The translations under genes were made by a program, and so were the position numbers. Positions 1 through 12,928 of a DNA stretch of 64,000 nt are shown here, in pieces; the first letter of the stretch is position 1; every line of letters begins with the position of its first letter. Origin of the DNA: Camelus dromedarius (lineage: Eukaryota); contig NC_087437.1 of NCBI RefSeq assembly GCF_036321535.1, forward strand, positions 52,640,001-52,704,000, in the 5' to 3' direction. The notes below the pieces were generated by a model. It searched no databases. It saw only the letters and a program-made list of their open reading frames with translations, and was not told the origin of the DNA.

Positions 1-336
1 CACTTCATCAAGCACCATCCTTCTCCATTCCTTCAAAGCCTTGACTCAGTTGGCAAGAGTTGTTAGGTTGATTAGATAAACCAGTCCCTACTAAGTTGTT
101 AGCTAAAACATTACCCACTCCTAGCATATGGGTTTTACTCAGTTAATATATATTTTACCCCCATAAGGGTACAAAGAAATAGTTACAATGATGGCCACCC
201 CAGGCATCCTGGAAGACTGACAGAGGAGACAGCTTCTGGGCAAATCTTGTCCTTATTTCCCCAGATGGTCAATTAACCAGTCAACCAGCTATTACGTTCA
301 CCAATGCCCACCAATGGATTAACTATTAGGCAGATC

Positions 337-495
337 AACTCATTTAATGAGGCAGGTACTATTATTACACACATTTTACATGGAGAAAACAGTCACAGAG
401 AGGTTCAACATCCTCCCAGAGTCACACAGATAATCAGCAGCAGAAGCAGTATTCAAACCCAGGCAATCTAGACCCTGAGTCATGTTTCATCACTA
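337..495 (-). mobile_element. MIR SINE remnant
   Basis: Reverse complement of the MIR core (attattacacacattttacatggagaaaac...agaggttcaa...gtcacacag...attcaaacccaggcaatct). Confidence 0.75.
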
Positions 496-1665
496 AACCA
501 ATATAGTTCTCAAAGTGTGATCTGCAGACCCTTAGGATCCCCAAGGCTCTTTCAGGGATTCCACAAGGCTAAAACTATTTTCCTAATAACACCACGATGT
601 TATTTGTTCTTTAGCTGTTTAATATTTACACAGATGAGTGTAAAAGAAATGATGCGTAAAACTGCTGGAACCTTAACACAAGTCAAGGCAATGGCACCAA
701 ACTGTACTAAGAGTCATTGCATTCCCATTGTTATGCACTCTCATAAAGGGGTTCTTGATAAGCAGTAAAAATGATGAATTTTTAATAATCTTGACGCTGG
801 AGTACTGATTTTTTGAAGTGTTCTGTGTGACAAAATGTAAAGTACATAGAAGGCACTTCTGCATACTGAAGAAAGATGCTGTCACAAGGAAAGGCAATGT
901 TTCACTGTTTGAGTTGCAAGCTGAAATAGCAGCTTTCTTCATGGAATACCATGTTTACTTGAAAGAACCACTGACAGCTATGGCTATTCAAAACTGCGTA
1001 TCTGACATATTCTTGAAAATAGATGAAGTGAGCCTGTCACTTCTAGGAAAACAACTAACTCTGCTGCTACATTTTGTTGCTAATGATGAAATATGACCTC
1101 TCAAGCAAAAATTAGAATTTGGAGAAACTATCATGAGCTTTCAGCTTTCCAATATTTAAAGACTTTACCGGTTAAGACTGGTCATGGTAGTGATGATTCT
1201 GATTTTTTGATACTGTATAATGCAACATGTCAACATTTGGAAGATCTGAATAATCCAGTGAATCAATACTTTCCAAATAACTAATGTATGATGTTACAAG
1301 ACCCTGCATTAGTAAGAGATTCTCATGTAACAGAATGTTAAATTTCATTCACAAGGTTTCAGATACAATATGGCAACTAACCTTTAAGAAACAACTATTT
1401 GTTAAGTTTTGGTGTAGTATCAAAGAAGAATATCCATAATTATCTTAAAAGCATTTTGAAATACTTTTTTCCCCAACTATGCACCTGGGTGAGCCCAGGT
1501 TTTCTTCATATACTTCAGCCAAAATAATATATTACATCGTATTGAATTTAGAAGCAGATATGCAAATCTATATGCCTTCTCTTAAGTAAAGCATTAGAGA
1601 TTTGCAAAAACATGAAGGTAAAACAATGCCACTACTCTCACTAAATTTTTTGGTTTTATAAAATG

Positions 1666-1891
1666 CAGTTGACCCTGTGGGTCTGAACGTATGGGTCCAC
1701 TTACGAACTTTTCTCAGTGGTGAATACTACAGCTCTACACTACCTGCGGTTGACTGAATCTGCAAATGCGAACCTGTAGTTATGGAGGAACCACAAGGCA
1801 CATGTGGAGGACTGACTGTAAGTCATACGTCGATTTTCGACTGTGCAGAGACTCGGTGCCCCTAAGCCCTGCGGTATCCAAGGGTCAACTG
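1666..1891 (-). mobile_element. TcMar-Tigger MITE (Tigger2/MER8-like)
   Basis: Terminal inverted repeats cagttgaccct...agggtcaactg, followed by TA. Confidence 0.75.
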
Positions 1892-1974
1892 TATAGTTAT
1901 TTTAAATAAAATGTTATTTATGTTAACATGTAATTATTTTATTATTTTTTAAGTGAATTAATACTTTCAAACTT

Positions 1975-2940
1975 TTTAAAATTGAAGTATAGTCAGTTTA
2001 CAATGTGTCAATTTCTGGTGTACAGCACGTTTCAGTCATGCATATACATACATATATTCATTTTCATATTCTTTTTCATTACAGGTTACTACAAAATATT
2101 GAATATAGTTCCCTATGCTATACAGAAGAAACCTGTTGTATATCTATTTTATATATAATAGTATCTGCAAATCTCAAACTCCCAACTTATCCCTTCCCAC
2201 TCCTTTGAACCCCGGTAACCACAAGTTTATTTTCTATGTCTGTCAGTCTATTTTTGTTTTATAAATAAGTTCATTTGGTTTTTCTTTTTGTTGTTCTTGT
2301 TGTTCTACATATGACTGATATCATATGGTATTTTTCTTTTTCTTTCTGGCTTACTTCACCTAGAATGACATTCTCCAGGTCCATCCATGTTGCTGCAAAT
2401 GGCATTATTTTATTAATTTTTATGGCTGAGTAGTATTCCACTGTATAAATATACCACAACTCCTTTATCCAGTCATCTATCAATGGACATTTAGGTTGTT
2501 TCCATGTCTTAGCTATTGTCAACAGTGCTGCTATGAACACTGGGGTGCATGTATCTTTTCAAATTAGAGTTCCCTCCAGATATATGCCCATGAGTGGGAT
2601 TGCTGGATCATATGGTAAGTCTATTTTTAGTTTTTTGAGGAATCTCCATATTACTTTCCATTATGGCTGTACCCAACTACATTCCCACCATGAGTATAGG
2701 AGGGTTCCCTTTTTTCCATACCCTATCCAGCATTTATTGTTCACGGACTTTTAAAATACGGCCATTCTGACTGATGTGAAGTGACACCTCACTGTAGTTT
2801 TGATTTGCATTTCTCTGATAATTAGCAAGATTGAGCATTTTTTCATGTGCCTATTGGCCATTTGTATGTCTTCATTGGAGAATTGCTTGTTTCAGTCTTT
2901 TGCCCACTTCAGGATTGGATTTTTTTTTTGTTGTTATTAA
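1975..2940 (-). mobile_element. 5'-truncated L1 (ORF2 C-terminus plus 3'UTR)
   Basis: Minus [22 protein letters not shown]...KEKYHMIS matches the L1 ORF2p C-terminus. Flanked by ttcaaactt at 1966-1974 and 2943-2951. Confidence 0.9.
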
Positions 2941-5109
2941 GCTTCAAACTTCCTTAGTTTTATCTTCAGGTATGGTAAATATCAAAAGCTCTTCAGAGTC
3001 CTCAATAATTTGGAAGAGCATAAAGGGGTCCAGAGGCCAAAAGTTTGAAAACCACTGTTGTAGAGCATGAGATCTAGAAGAGAAGCCAAAAGAATAGACC
3101 ATGCAGCTGCATCACTTTCCAGGCGAGAGGGCAAATGACTAGCCACGATGAATTTCATGGACTTCTCAGTAAGTAAGTTTCAAGGATCCAACTTCTCATC
3201 AGGCTTTATGGCTTAATGAGCATTAAAGATCATTCTCAACTCCTTGCAATTCCCAGCGTGTACTCCTTTCTCCTGTCCTGGGAAACTCCTATTCTTGAAG
3301 GAGTCATATCGTGGTAGGTACTCACTTCCATTCTCTGCCTCCAAGCACCGTATATGTCCCCCTTCTAAAGCACTAGGCATGTGGTTCAGGTATTTGCTTA
3401 TGTGGCTCTCTGTGAGGAGTCTGAGGACTTGAAAGCTAGACTTTTGACTTAATTCCAGCACTTTGCTCAGTACTTGGCACCCACAGCAAAACTATTAAGA
3501 TCTGTTCAATTAATGAAACCAATGAACTTCCCACTAAGCACCAAGCAATCTTCCAAAGGCAACCTGACTTTCTCAGGGGAAGACTGCTGGCCAGCCAAGA
3601 GGAGTATTGCAGGCTGTTCAGTGCTTCTCAGTATGTTTTTCAACTGACATTCTGACTCACTATCAAGTCCCCTGTTAGTTACAGTGATACGAATCTTGAA
3701 ATTGTAAAACTGAGAGAAAATCCAAGGCAAGCTCCCCCCGCACGCTCCCCACACCCAAGGGCCTTACCAACAAAACACTTTTAAGCAGCCAGGTTTGAAG
3801 AAGAAACTTTTAGTAAAATGAAGAATGTATAAAGCCAATAGAAAATCACTGCTGTAGCCTGAACTGCTACATGATCAGGGACTTCGTAACTCAATTAGGG
3901 AAAAAGATTTTTTCCCCCAAATTTAATGTAAGCAATGTGTGGGAATAAAGGATGTTGAGTCAGATAATCCCCTGTGAGCATTACAAATACAATGTGTATA
4001 AGCTATGAAAAATGTTCACATAGCTCAGGATGTTACAGCTTCTTCCTGGAATGCTGCTACTGTCCTCTTAATCCCCCTCGCCTCCCCGGCCACACACAAT
4101 GTTCTCTGATCCTGTTGTTCATCCTGCCTCTTCCCTTCTTTACGCCTTTTCTTCTGCTCTACCTTGCTCTGCTGCTCCCTCCCTCTATTAACCTAGGAAC
4201 TGAGGAAACAACAACAGAGGAACTGGCAGACACAAGACATTTCACAGCCCTCTCAGGTTCTGCCAAAGAAGGTGATCTTTCTACTTCCTTATCCCTACAG
4301 AGCCAGAACCTTGCAAATCACTTATTCTCACCCCCTTAACTTACCTGAAAGGAAACTGAGAAAAATAATGTTAAGTGACTGAAATACCATACTTTCTCAA
4401 TTTATTTCTATGTTTCAGGAAAACTGATGCCAAGGAAACCCACAGGTAAAAGGCGGGGGAGGGGACTGAGGCATGGTTTAGAAGACTGTCAGCATCCATT
4501 TAACACCATTTATTGAACACTTATTACTATGCTGGGTGTCAGAGGCCCTGTGTTAGCACAGGTGAGAGAGAAAGCCTTAAATAGGTATTAGAAACTTAAC
4601 AGATACTAAATCAGAGGGGAAAAAGTAAATGCAAACAGCACAAAGTAAAAGCAAAATAAATACAGCAATCTAGAAAAATTAACAAAAAAAACCCTAGCAA
4701 GCCTTTCTATGAATAGACTAGGAAATAAATGGAGGAAAACATTTATTCTGATTAGAGAAAAAAACGTAGTATCTCTCACTGCAAAAAAAACTGAGTAAAG
4801 ACTAAGCAATTTATTCACAATGCAATTTAAGCGTTTGTTGAGAAAGACTGTGTACATTTACTACTGGGAAAGAGTTTCTGGTGACAGTTTAAAAAAAAAA
4901 ACCCACAATAATAATATTCAAGACTTTTCAGAAGACTCCCTTAACCCCCTCACTTCACCACAAGAGGGTGCACATTTCCTTATTAATACAGTAACCAAGG
5001 GAAACCCTCAAGATCCCTCAGGCAGCAACCCACCTCTGCTCAGGCACCTCTTCCCCTTGAGCCTCAGGGGTGATGAGCATCTGCAGACTTAGGTAGGTTG
5101 AATCCCTTT

Positions 5110-5270
5110 CACACTTTTCATCTCACAATAGTGCTGTAAGGGTGGGTAAGGTGAAAAGTACCAACTTCATTTTACTGATGAGGAAACACACTCAGAGGCG
5201 AAGCAACTTGCCCAAGGGCAGAGGGATAATGTCAGAGCCCAAATTCAAATTAATGTCCTCTGGGTCCCAA
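5110..5270 (-). mobile_element. MIR remnant
   Basis: cattttactgatgaggaaac...cagaggcgaagcaacttgcccaagg core. Confidence 0.7.
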
Positions 5271-6131
5271 ATCTTATATACATTTCCCTTATTTCCCTAT
5301 AAGAGCATGATCAAAACTCACACCTCCACTATTCAGAGCCTCTATGCATCCATTCTACTTTTTCTGAGCATAAGTCATACACTGGGCAGATCAGGAGGCC
5401 TTGGTCGCCTTTGCAGTGTTAAAGCTTTTTTTTTTTTTTTAAGTATATGTTAACACCTGGTAATTATTTTTATGGGTTTCCAACGAGGTGAGAAGTGCAC
5501 TGACACTATCTACACTATTCCAGGCAGCATTAACATGGACTAGAATAATTTTAAATGTTACTTATAACAGGGAAATTAATTGTAAACTTAAATTTCTTTG
5601 GACAGATCCTATGAGATTCAGGCTAAGTAACTCCAAAGGCCTTCTCTTACAAGAGACAGTACAGCACAGAGGTGGGGTGGCCCACTCTTTCACAGGTCTG
5701 AGTGCCTTCCAGCTCCTTTCAAGGACCCCAACAGACCTCTGACCCTTCCCATTCCAAACATCACACTCCTCCTTTTGAGACTGCCCTCTAAATTCTTGTT
5801 TAATTTGGACACCTTGCTTGCCTGACTCCTGTGGGGTGGAGATAATTCTGTAGCTACATCCCAATGAAAGGTCAACCTTTAACAGCTTGACCTCACATTT
5901 TACTTGAGGTCCCATGGGCTCTGGTGCCCCTTCTGGGGACACGACTTCACACATACACAACATATGCTAGATCACTTTTCACCCATATAACGGTGGTATC
6001 TTACTGCATTCAAAGGACAAAGGACTGCACTGCCTCCTAAGCTCTCTCAGGAATGTTCCCACTTGCTTACTCAACATGGCTGTTAATTTTATAGTAAGGA
6101 GGCACCTGGGTATCTTGCTCACAACCTGAAA

Positions 6132-6150
6132 TTCCCAGCAGGGGGCACCT
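6132..6150 (+). promoter_or_regulatory. Candidate CTCF motif
   Basis: ttCCCAGCAGGGGGCACCt matches the CTCF core CCA(C/G)CAGGGGGC(G/A)C. Confidence 0.5.
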
Positions 6151-7007
6151 TGGAGGGAGAAATCATTCACCTTCCGTTCACAGAGTTAATCAGCTAAACT
6201 CTTAGGGTTTTAATTTAGGCTGCAGGGATGGTCTCTGCAAGGTTGGACTGCATCATGTTGGGGACAAGCCTGAGTTTGGCCTCTATGAGACTGTAACAAG
6301 ACTCTTTCTTTTGACCCCGATATGCAAAACTGTGCAATGAGAACTGGGTGACAAATGCATGCTAGGAAGGGCCATGATCTCAGCCATCAGAATTAGAACT
6401 GGAAAAGCCCTCCCCAAGTAGGGGCAGGACAGCTCTGTCATAAATGCCTACTATATAGGGCTTTTCACACTTCTCTTGGGACACCAATTTATAAGCTAAC
6501 AAGTCTCCCCATGAGAACAGCTTTTCCTAATGTTTAGCATTAATTTTTATTTCTTTTTATATACGGCTTTGATCCACTCTAAATACATTTTCTCTTTCCA
6601 TGATGTTTACATCCTTCACATTCTTAGGGACTGTTATCATATCCCCTTTAATCATCCTTTGGCCAAGCTATACATATTTAGCTCCTTCCATCTCTCCTAT
6701 GTCCTTCCTTCCAGCAGTGCTGGCTCCTCTTTAAATTCCTTCTAATCTGTCAACATCTTTCTGGAACTGATGCACACTCTCCCTTAATAAACATTCTAGG
6801 TACTCTTTGTTTCCTAAGAGATCTCCAAAAATTCCTATAATATAAAGAATATTAAACCAGGAGTAAAGTGGTAGTTCAAATCCTGGCTTTCCTCCAAGCC
6901 TCAGCTGTCCTTTCTATAAAATAAATGGGAATGATACTCTTCTGATTTGATCAAGAGAAAAACAAAATATTAAAAGCATCTTGCAGACTATAAAATACTG
7001 TGCATGA

Positions 7008-7292
7008 TTATAAAGAATGTTGCTAATAGTGGGGTATATGTATCTTCTTGAATTAATTCTTATTTTGTGGTTGGCTTTATTTCTTTGGTAACTACGTAAG
7101 TTTAAAAAGCCAAAGCTCTAAACGTTCTTAGAAACAATGAACAGCACATATACGTAAATTTTTTTAAATGTGCAGTATATTGCATATATGTGTTTCAATG
7201 CAATATATTGGATATGTGCAGCCAAATTGCAATAATTCTACCTAATAAAACTGAAAAATGAAAAAAATAAATACAACTATGAAAATGTAAAA
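7008..7292 (+). mobile_element. 5'-truncated copy of the HAL1-like element (3' region)
   Basis: Aligns with 19145-19318 and 13843-13964. Ends in AATAAA plus an A-rich tail. TSD aaaatactgtgcatga (6992-7007) / aaaatact-tgcatga (7293-7307). Confidence 0.85.
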
Positions 7293-7619
7293 AAAATACT
7301 TGCATGAAGAACGTGTATTACTCGCATAATTTTAAAAGCATAAACAAAGAAAAATAAGCTTGGAAACAAGCGTGTCAAATAATAGTTGTTAAATCTGGTG
7401 GTAGCATAGGGTAAGGTTACATTATTCAATGTATTTGGTGCTTTTTATTTCAGTTTAAGGAACTCATTTATTCACTCACTGAAGTATTTACTGAACATCT
7501 ACTATGTGTACAACAGCCTGGATGATGTGGGAGAACATAAAACAAGGACTTGAAGTTATCATTATCATTTCAAGTTATTTAAGAACTCACTACTTGGTTT
7601 GAGTCATAAAATCAGAAAG

Positions 7620-7900
7620 CTGTTGCTGCTGTAACTTTTTTTTCAAGTGTAATCGACATCAAATGTCTGTACCTTTGATTATCCTTAATGTTATAATGCT
7701 GGAGTTATTATTTCTTTAGAATACATTATAGGAAACAGAATTACTAGGTGAAAGTGTATGCCTGTATTTAAGCTTCAAATTTCCAAACAGTGTGCCAGAA
7801 AAGGTGTGCCAATTTATACCCTCATCAGCAATGTATGAGTGTCTTTTACCGTACCACTGCCAACATTGAGGGTTAACGGTTAACTTTTTCCCCCCATTTA
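7620..7900 (-). mobile_element. Old L1 (L1ME-like) fragment
   Basis: ttccaaacagtgtgccagaaaaggtgtgccaatttataccctcatcagcaatgtatgagtg is antisense to the end of ORF2. Confidence 0.6.
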
Positions 7901-8029
7901 ATGGACTGCTTTTTAAAATCATAAACAAAATCATGTAAAATCTAAAATTCATTTCTACCAACACAAAATATCTCCACTTGGCACCTATTTTGATGTTGCC
8001 TTATGGCAGTTAAGTGTTCAACATAATCT

Positions 8030-8330
8030 TTGAGTGCTCATTACTTCCCAGGCAATGTATTAGACAACAAAGATGAAACAGATGCGGACCTTGCCCTTAA
8101 AGGGCTCATAATCCAGTGGAAAGATAAATACTAATAATTAAATACACAATGGGAAGTGTGCCTCCCTTGAGAAATACATGTAAGGCACAAAGGGAAGAGG
8201 AAGCCAGAAACAGCAGAGAGCAGTCAGGGAGGCTCAAGGAAGTGGTGACATCTCAACTGGGTTTTGAAGGATGAGGAGCTCTGAACCAGAGAAGGGAGAA
8301 TTAAGAAGAGTAATTCAGGCAGAGGAATCA
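8030..8330 (-). mobile_element. L2 remnant
   Basis: ttgagtgctcattacttcccaggc...ccttgcccttaaagggctcataatccagtgg...ggtgacatctcaactgggttttgaaggatgag. Confidence 0.65.
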
Positions 8331-8610
8331 GTTGTTGGTCTCTGCAGCCAGTATCAACTCCCAGAAACTGTTTTATTATATAAAGTTTTAGCAATCCAGA
8401 CTTAAGCCTCATGGTTAGTTTTGGTTTTTTTTAACCCTATCATTTGCAGTTGTATTTCTTTCCATGGAAAAAGCAATCAGAAATCTTCCCAGTACTTCAT
8501 TCAACAACTGACGGTGCAAGAATACTCTTGCTTCCTTCACAGAAGATATTGTTTTACAAAATGGGTAGTAAGCCATTTTGCTGATACAAACTTTAAAAAT
8601 TAGATTGTCG

Positions 8611-9170
8611 ACTTTAAGATATTAATGAAAGAAACTGAAGAAGACACAAATAAATGGAAAGATATTCCATGCTCATGGACTGGAAGACTTAATTTTGTTA
8701 AAACATCCATACTGTCCAAAGCAATATACATATTCAATGCAATCCCTATCAAAATTCCAATGGCATTTTTCACAGAAATAGAACAATCCTGGAATTTGTA
8801 TAGGACCACAAAATACCCTGAACAGCCAAAACAATCTTGAGAAAGAAGAACAAAGCTGGAGGCATCAAAAAAGACAAGAAAGAACAAGTACTGAAGAGCA
8901 TGTGGAGAAAAGGGAACTCTTGTACACTGTTGGAGGGAATGTAAATTGGTGCAGCCACTATGAAAGACAGTATGGAGGTTCCTCAAAAAATTAAAAATAG
9001 AACTACTTATGTTCCAGCAATTCCACTTCTAGGTATTCATCCAAAGAAAATAAAAATACTAATTCGAAAAGATAGAAGCACCCCATGTTCTCTGCAGCAC
9101 ATTTACAACAGTCAAGACATGGGAGCAACATAAGTGTCCACCAACAGATGAATGGATAAAGACAATGTGG

Positions 9171-9226
<56 letters not shown>

Positions 9227-9739
9227 GAAATATTATTCAGCCATAAAAAAGAATGAAATCTTGTCATTTACGCCAACATGGATGGACTTTGAAGGCCTTA
9301 TGCTAAGTGAAATGAGACAGAGAAAGACAAATACCATAGGATTTCACTTATATGAGGCATGTTAAAAGAAAAAAAAAAAACCAAGATCATAGATACATTA
9401 AAGACTGGTGATTGCCAGAGGTGGAGGGGAGGCAGGAATTGGGTGAAGGGGGTCAAAAGGTACAAATTTCCACTCATAAAATAAGTCATGGGGATATAAT
9501 GTACAGCATGGTGGCTATAGTTCATAAAACTGTAACACATATTTGAAAGTTGCTAAGAGAGCATATCTTAAAAGTTCTCATCGCAAGTAAAAATAACCTT
9601 GTAACTATATACAGTGATGGATGTTAACTAGACTTACTGTGGGTGATCATTTCACAATATATACAAATAATGAATAACTACATTGTGTATACCTGAAACT
9701 AATATACTGTTATATATCAACTATACTTCAATTAAAAAA
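8611..9739 (+). mobile_element. 5'-truncated, internally deleted L1 (L1MA9-like 3' end)
   Basis: ORF2 peptide [21 protein letters not shown]..., followed by the ORF2 C-terminal region and an L1MA-type 3'UTR ending atcaactatacttcaattaaaaaa. Confidence 0.9.
9175..9224. repeat. (TA)25 microsatellite inside the L1
   Basis: Perfect TA run. Confidence 0.95.
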
Positions 9740-11124
9740 CTTAAATTTCAGCTTTAAGAGAATCTTTAATTCTTAAAGATCCTTAAGTAGTTTCTCAAGT
9801 AAGGTGGGAGGGTATATAAATGAGATGAATAACTTTCCTTTCCACTCCTACAAAAATAAATCAATTGGATCTATGCAAAGTCCAGCTTAAAAGTACTACA
9901 AGAATTTATTAATGGCATCAGATCATTTTTCAAGTAGAAAAAATACCCCTAAAAGCTGTTCATTTATGTGTTTCACATGTTATTAGCCGGAGATATAAAT
10001 ACTCATGCCTGGGATTTAACCGTTCTGAAAAACATCCTTTTGCAGAATATGGATTTCAGCAGTACGCTTAAAAAAAAGGTGAGGGGGGTGCGGGCAACCG
10101 AAACTGTACTCGTTAAAAGCCTGTAACTTTTTCCAGAATTTTCAAAGCCCAAAACACCTCTCCAGGTGACTAATCTTCTGGTGTCGAAATTATAGAGGAT
10201 TTAAATAGAATCGGCAGAATATCACATACAGAGGGGCCTATGTCCCTTATAATTTATTAGAAAATGGCTTTTGAATTACTTTGTTGATTATTTTCTTTTA
10301 AATTTAAGACTTTCAGATTGTGCCTATGACTCAGAGATCTTCTTAAATGCTTTGTTATCAAAGGCAAACAGATCCTCCCCTGAATCTAAGTGACAGCCTG
10401 GCTTTCTCCACCACCTGCTGGAATGCACCTGAGCTGGGCCAGGAGCAGAGGATTACCTCTGATGCTATGCCCAGGATGGGGACAACTTCTCCACCCTCAG
10501 AGCTGTAGGGAAGGCTGACCCCTGAGCCCAGGTAAGCAACCGCAGAGAGCTTTGGTTTCTGCCCAGCCCCACGATGCAGCCCAAGTCCCACCTGAGGCTC
10601 CAGGCCATCTGCCACTGAGCCCAGGACTCACAGGTCAAGCCTGTGTTCAGAGATGAAAAATCACCAGTTGTCCAATCTTTATTAAAAATAAAGACACCAC
10701 CAATTTTGTCTGTTTTTTTCCTACCTTTTTTTTTTTTGCAATTGTCAAAAAGCCTTTAAAGGGGATCCTCACACACAAAAATACACATACACCCAACACA
10801 ATTTTTACTGACTTGAAAAATAGGTCTCTTGGTTTGTTTGCAAATTTAGAAGGGTTAAGTGTCATATAAACTGAAAAATAAAATATTTACCTATTTGTAA
10901 GTTCATAGTTTAATCAACAAGCACCTACTATGTGCTAGACACTGTGCTAAGGATAGGGAAATGAATGACTCACAGTCCCTGTTTTCAAAACACTCACATT
11001 GTACATTGGTGCTTGTACAGACCAGCACCATTTTCTCCTTTGTATTTAATTCCTATCTGCTGGGTTTCCAACGGAACTAGACGAGCATAGTCATTTGAAG
11101 TCTTTTTTCAGTTTTACACTAATA

Positions 11125-11355
11125 AGCATAATAGTTAAAATTGAATGCCCAGTCTCTGTCAAACATCAAACTAACCCACTTTCTGTGTATTTTCAAGCAC
11201 AATGCTCTGAGCTAGCTACTCTTACCACTGCCTCTTCAAGGTGAGGAAACCAAGCTCGGAGCCATGGGTGACTTCCTAGTCTTATGCCAAGTAAGAGGCA
11301 GAGCCAGGATGTAAACTCAGGTCTGCCTGACCAGAACTTGGGCTCTTAACTACCA
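11125..11355 (-). mobile_element. MIR remnant
   Basis: caaggtgaggaaaccaagctc...gtaagaggcagagccaggatgtaaactcaggtctgcctgac...ctcttaactacc. Confidence 0.7.
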
Positions 11356-11927
11356 AGTTTTGTGGTCTCCATGTACTCAAGGGTCTGTCCAGATTCGTTA
11401 CAAATGGAAAGAATTTTGGGATATTTTCTAAGGAACTGTGCTATTGAAGACACAGGGGCAAAATACTCCAATAGCCTCTTGGAGATAAGTTCAGAAAGTT
11501 ACTGGTTTGCAAACATCTTACCAGCCCACTGGTGAGTTTGTAAGTCCAACAGTAACAAATGGAGAATACCTTGCTGCCAGTAGAAGTACAATTTTGAAGG
11601 TACTGATTATAAATTTGATTTACTAAGTTTCTTAAATCCCAAAATCTGGGACTTTTACAACTCAGTTTCATTTCTTTCCTACTCAGGATCTATGGACTAA
11701 TTTGTCTGACTGATAAACACATAACAAAAGAATGAACTGGTATCAGTAGTGAGTGGTACTTTGTACTATGAATAACTATTATTTGTCTTTTTCAAAACCC
11801 TGGAATTCACCCTGAACAGAATTCTGGGCCCCATGAAATTACAGATAAGGAGGACTCATAACCCCAAACAGAAAGCCATGGGAAGGCTTTCAAGATCCAA
11901 TCACTAGGATTACAAAAATAACAACAG

Positions 11928-12928
11928 TTAGATCTGGTTTATGGGCATGTGACCTGTACAGTCACACAGGGCCCTATGCTTAGAAGGGCCCCAACACCTG
12001 GTTTAATGCTTTCCTGTCACCATGCAGAAATTCTTAGTGTTTTGTCTTTGAATTTGTGTTTTGTAAGTAAAGTCCAATGGAACAACGGAGCGTGTGTGAG
12101 CAGAAGAGATACGGGTAATTTGCGCATTTGACACTGCTTGCCCACCTCTTTGCATAGAGCATTTGTGATGCCCTTTAAGCAGAGAATTCTGGTGGACCCA
12201 CCACATGCAGGAGTTCAGCAAGACTCAGAGCAAGTACAAGGCCAGCGTATGATGTCTATGACTGAGTGAGTGGATGTGAAGCCCCAAGAAGTCATGCTTT
12301 CCACTGGAACCAGAACTTGCTTGGAACGGAAAAGAAGACAACAGCATTCTAAGAAACATGAACAACGAAGGAACCCTACAGTATTCTTACTTACCCACAT
12401 TATTTTCCCATGCAAGCCAACCACTTACACTGAAAGGATGCCGTACGTAAAAGGAAAGGAAAAGACAGGGCAATCCATAGCCCCCTTTCCATGAATCCTT
12501 ACTCTCAGTATGCCAAAGGTACGGTATTGGTAGAATGCGCACATATTAAGTGTAATAAAAACAGCTGAGGTTGTTTGGTGCCACACCTCCATTGTCCTAG
12601 TAAGAATGATGTATGAGCTACGACATACAAATTGTGTAATTTTGTTGATTTCACATATGAGCTAAATGTTCTTATATGTGTATTTTAAACTGGCATTGCA
12701 TGATAGAAAAATGAACAGTAAAATTCATATTAATAATCAGAATCTTTAATTTTCCTTTACTTAGAATGACATTAAATAGCAAATAAAACACAAGTCGAGA
12801 GAGAACATGGAAGAAGGGGAAAAGCTTTATATTTCAGAACTCTTAATGACACTTTTTCCCTGTTTTTTAAGTCAAGGGTCCCCACATTTTCATTCTGCTC
12901 TTGGCCCCACAAATTATGTAGTGGCTGA
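11928..12928 (+). mobile_element. hAT-Tip100 non-autonomous element (MER45B-like)
   Basis: MER45-type ends (atgggcatgtgacctgtacagtcacacagggccc... and ...cccacattttcattctgctcttggccccacaaattatgtag), about 1 kb apart. Confidence 0.75.

Larger units (their letters stand above)
499..3057 (+). mobile_element. hAT-Charlie DNA transposon (Charlie1-like), interrupted by two later insertions
   Basis: TIR-like ends (agttctcaaagtgtg ... aaagtttgaaaaccactg). Internal decayed transposase-like peptides: 'LFELQAEIAAFFMEYHVYLKEPL' and 'CQHLEDLNNPVNQYFPN'. Confidence 0.75.

Noticed and set aside
818..1284. Transposase-like ORFs
   Set aside because: Frameshifted remnants of the Charlie element, with no sign of domestication.
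10358..10615. GC-richer 85-aa minus ORF
   Set aside because: No ATG start or recognisable domain, and no TSD or poly(A) to suggest a retrocopy.
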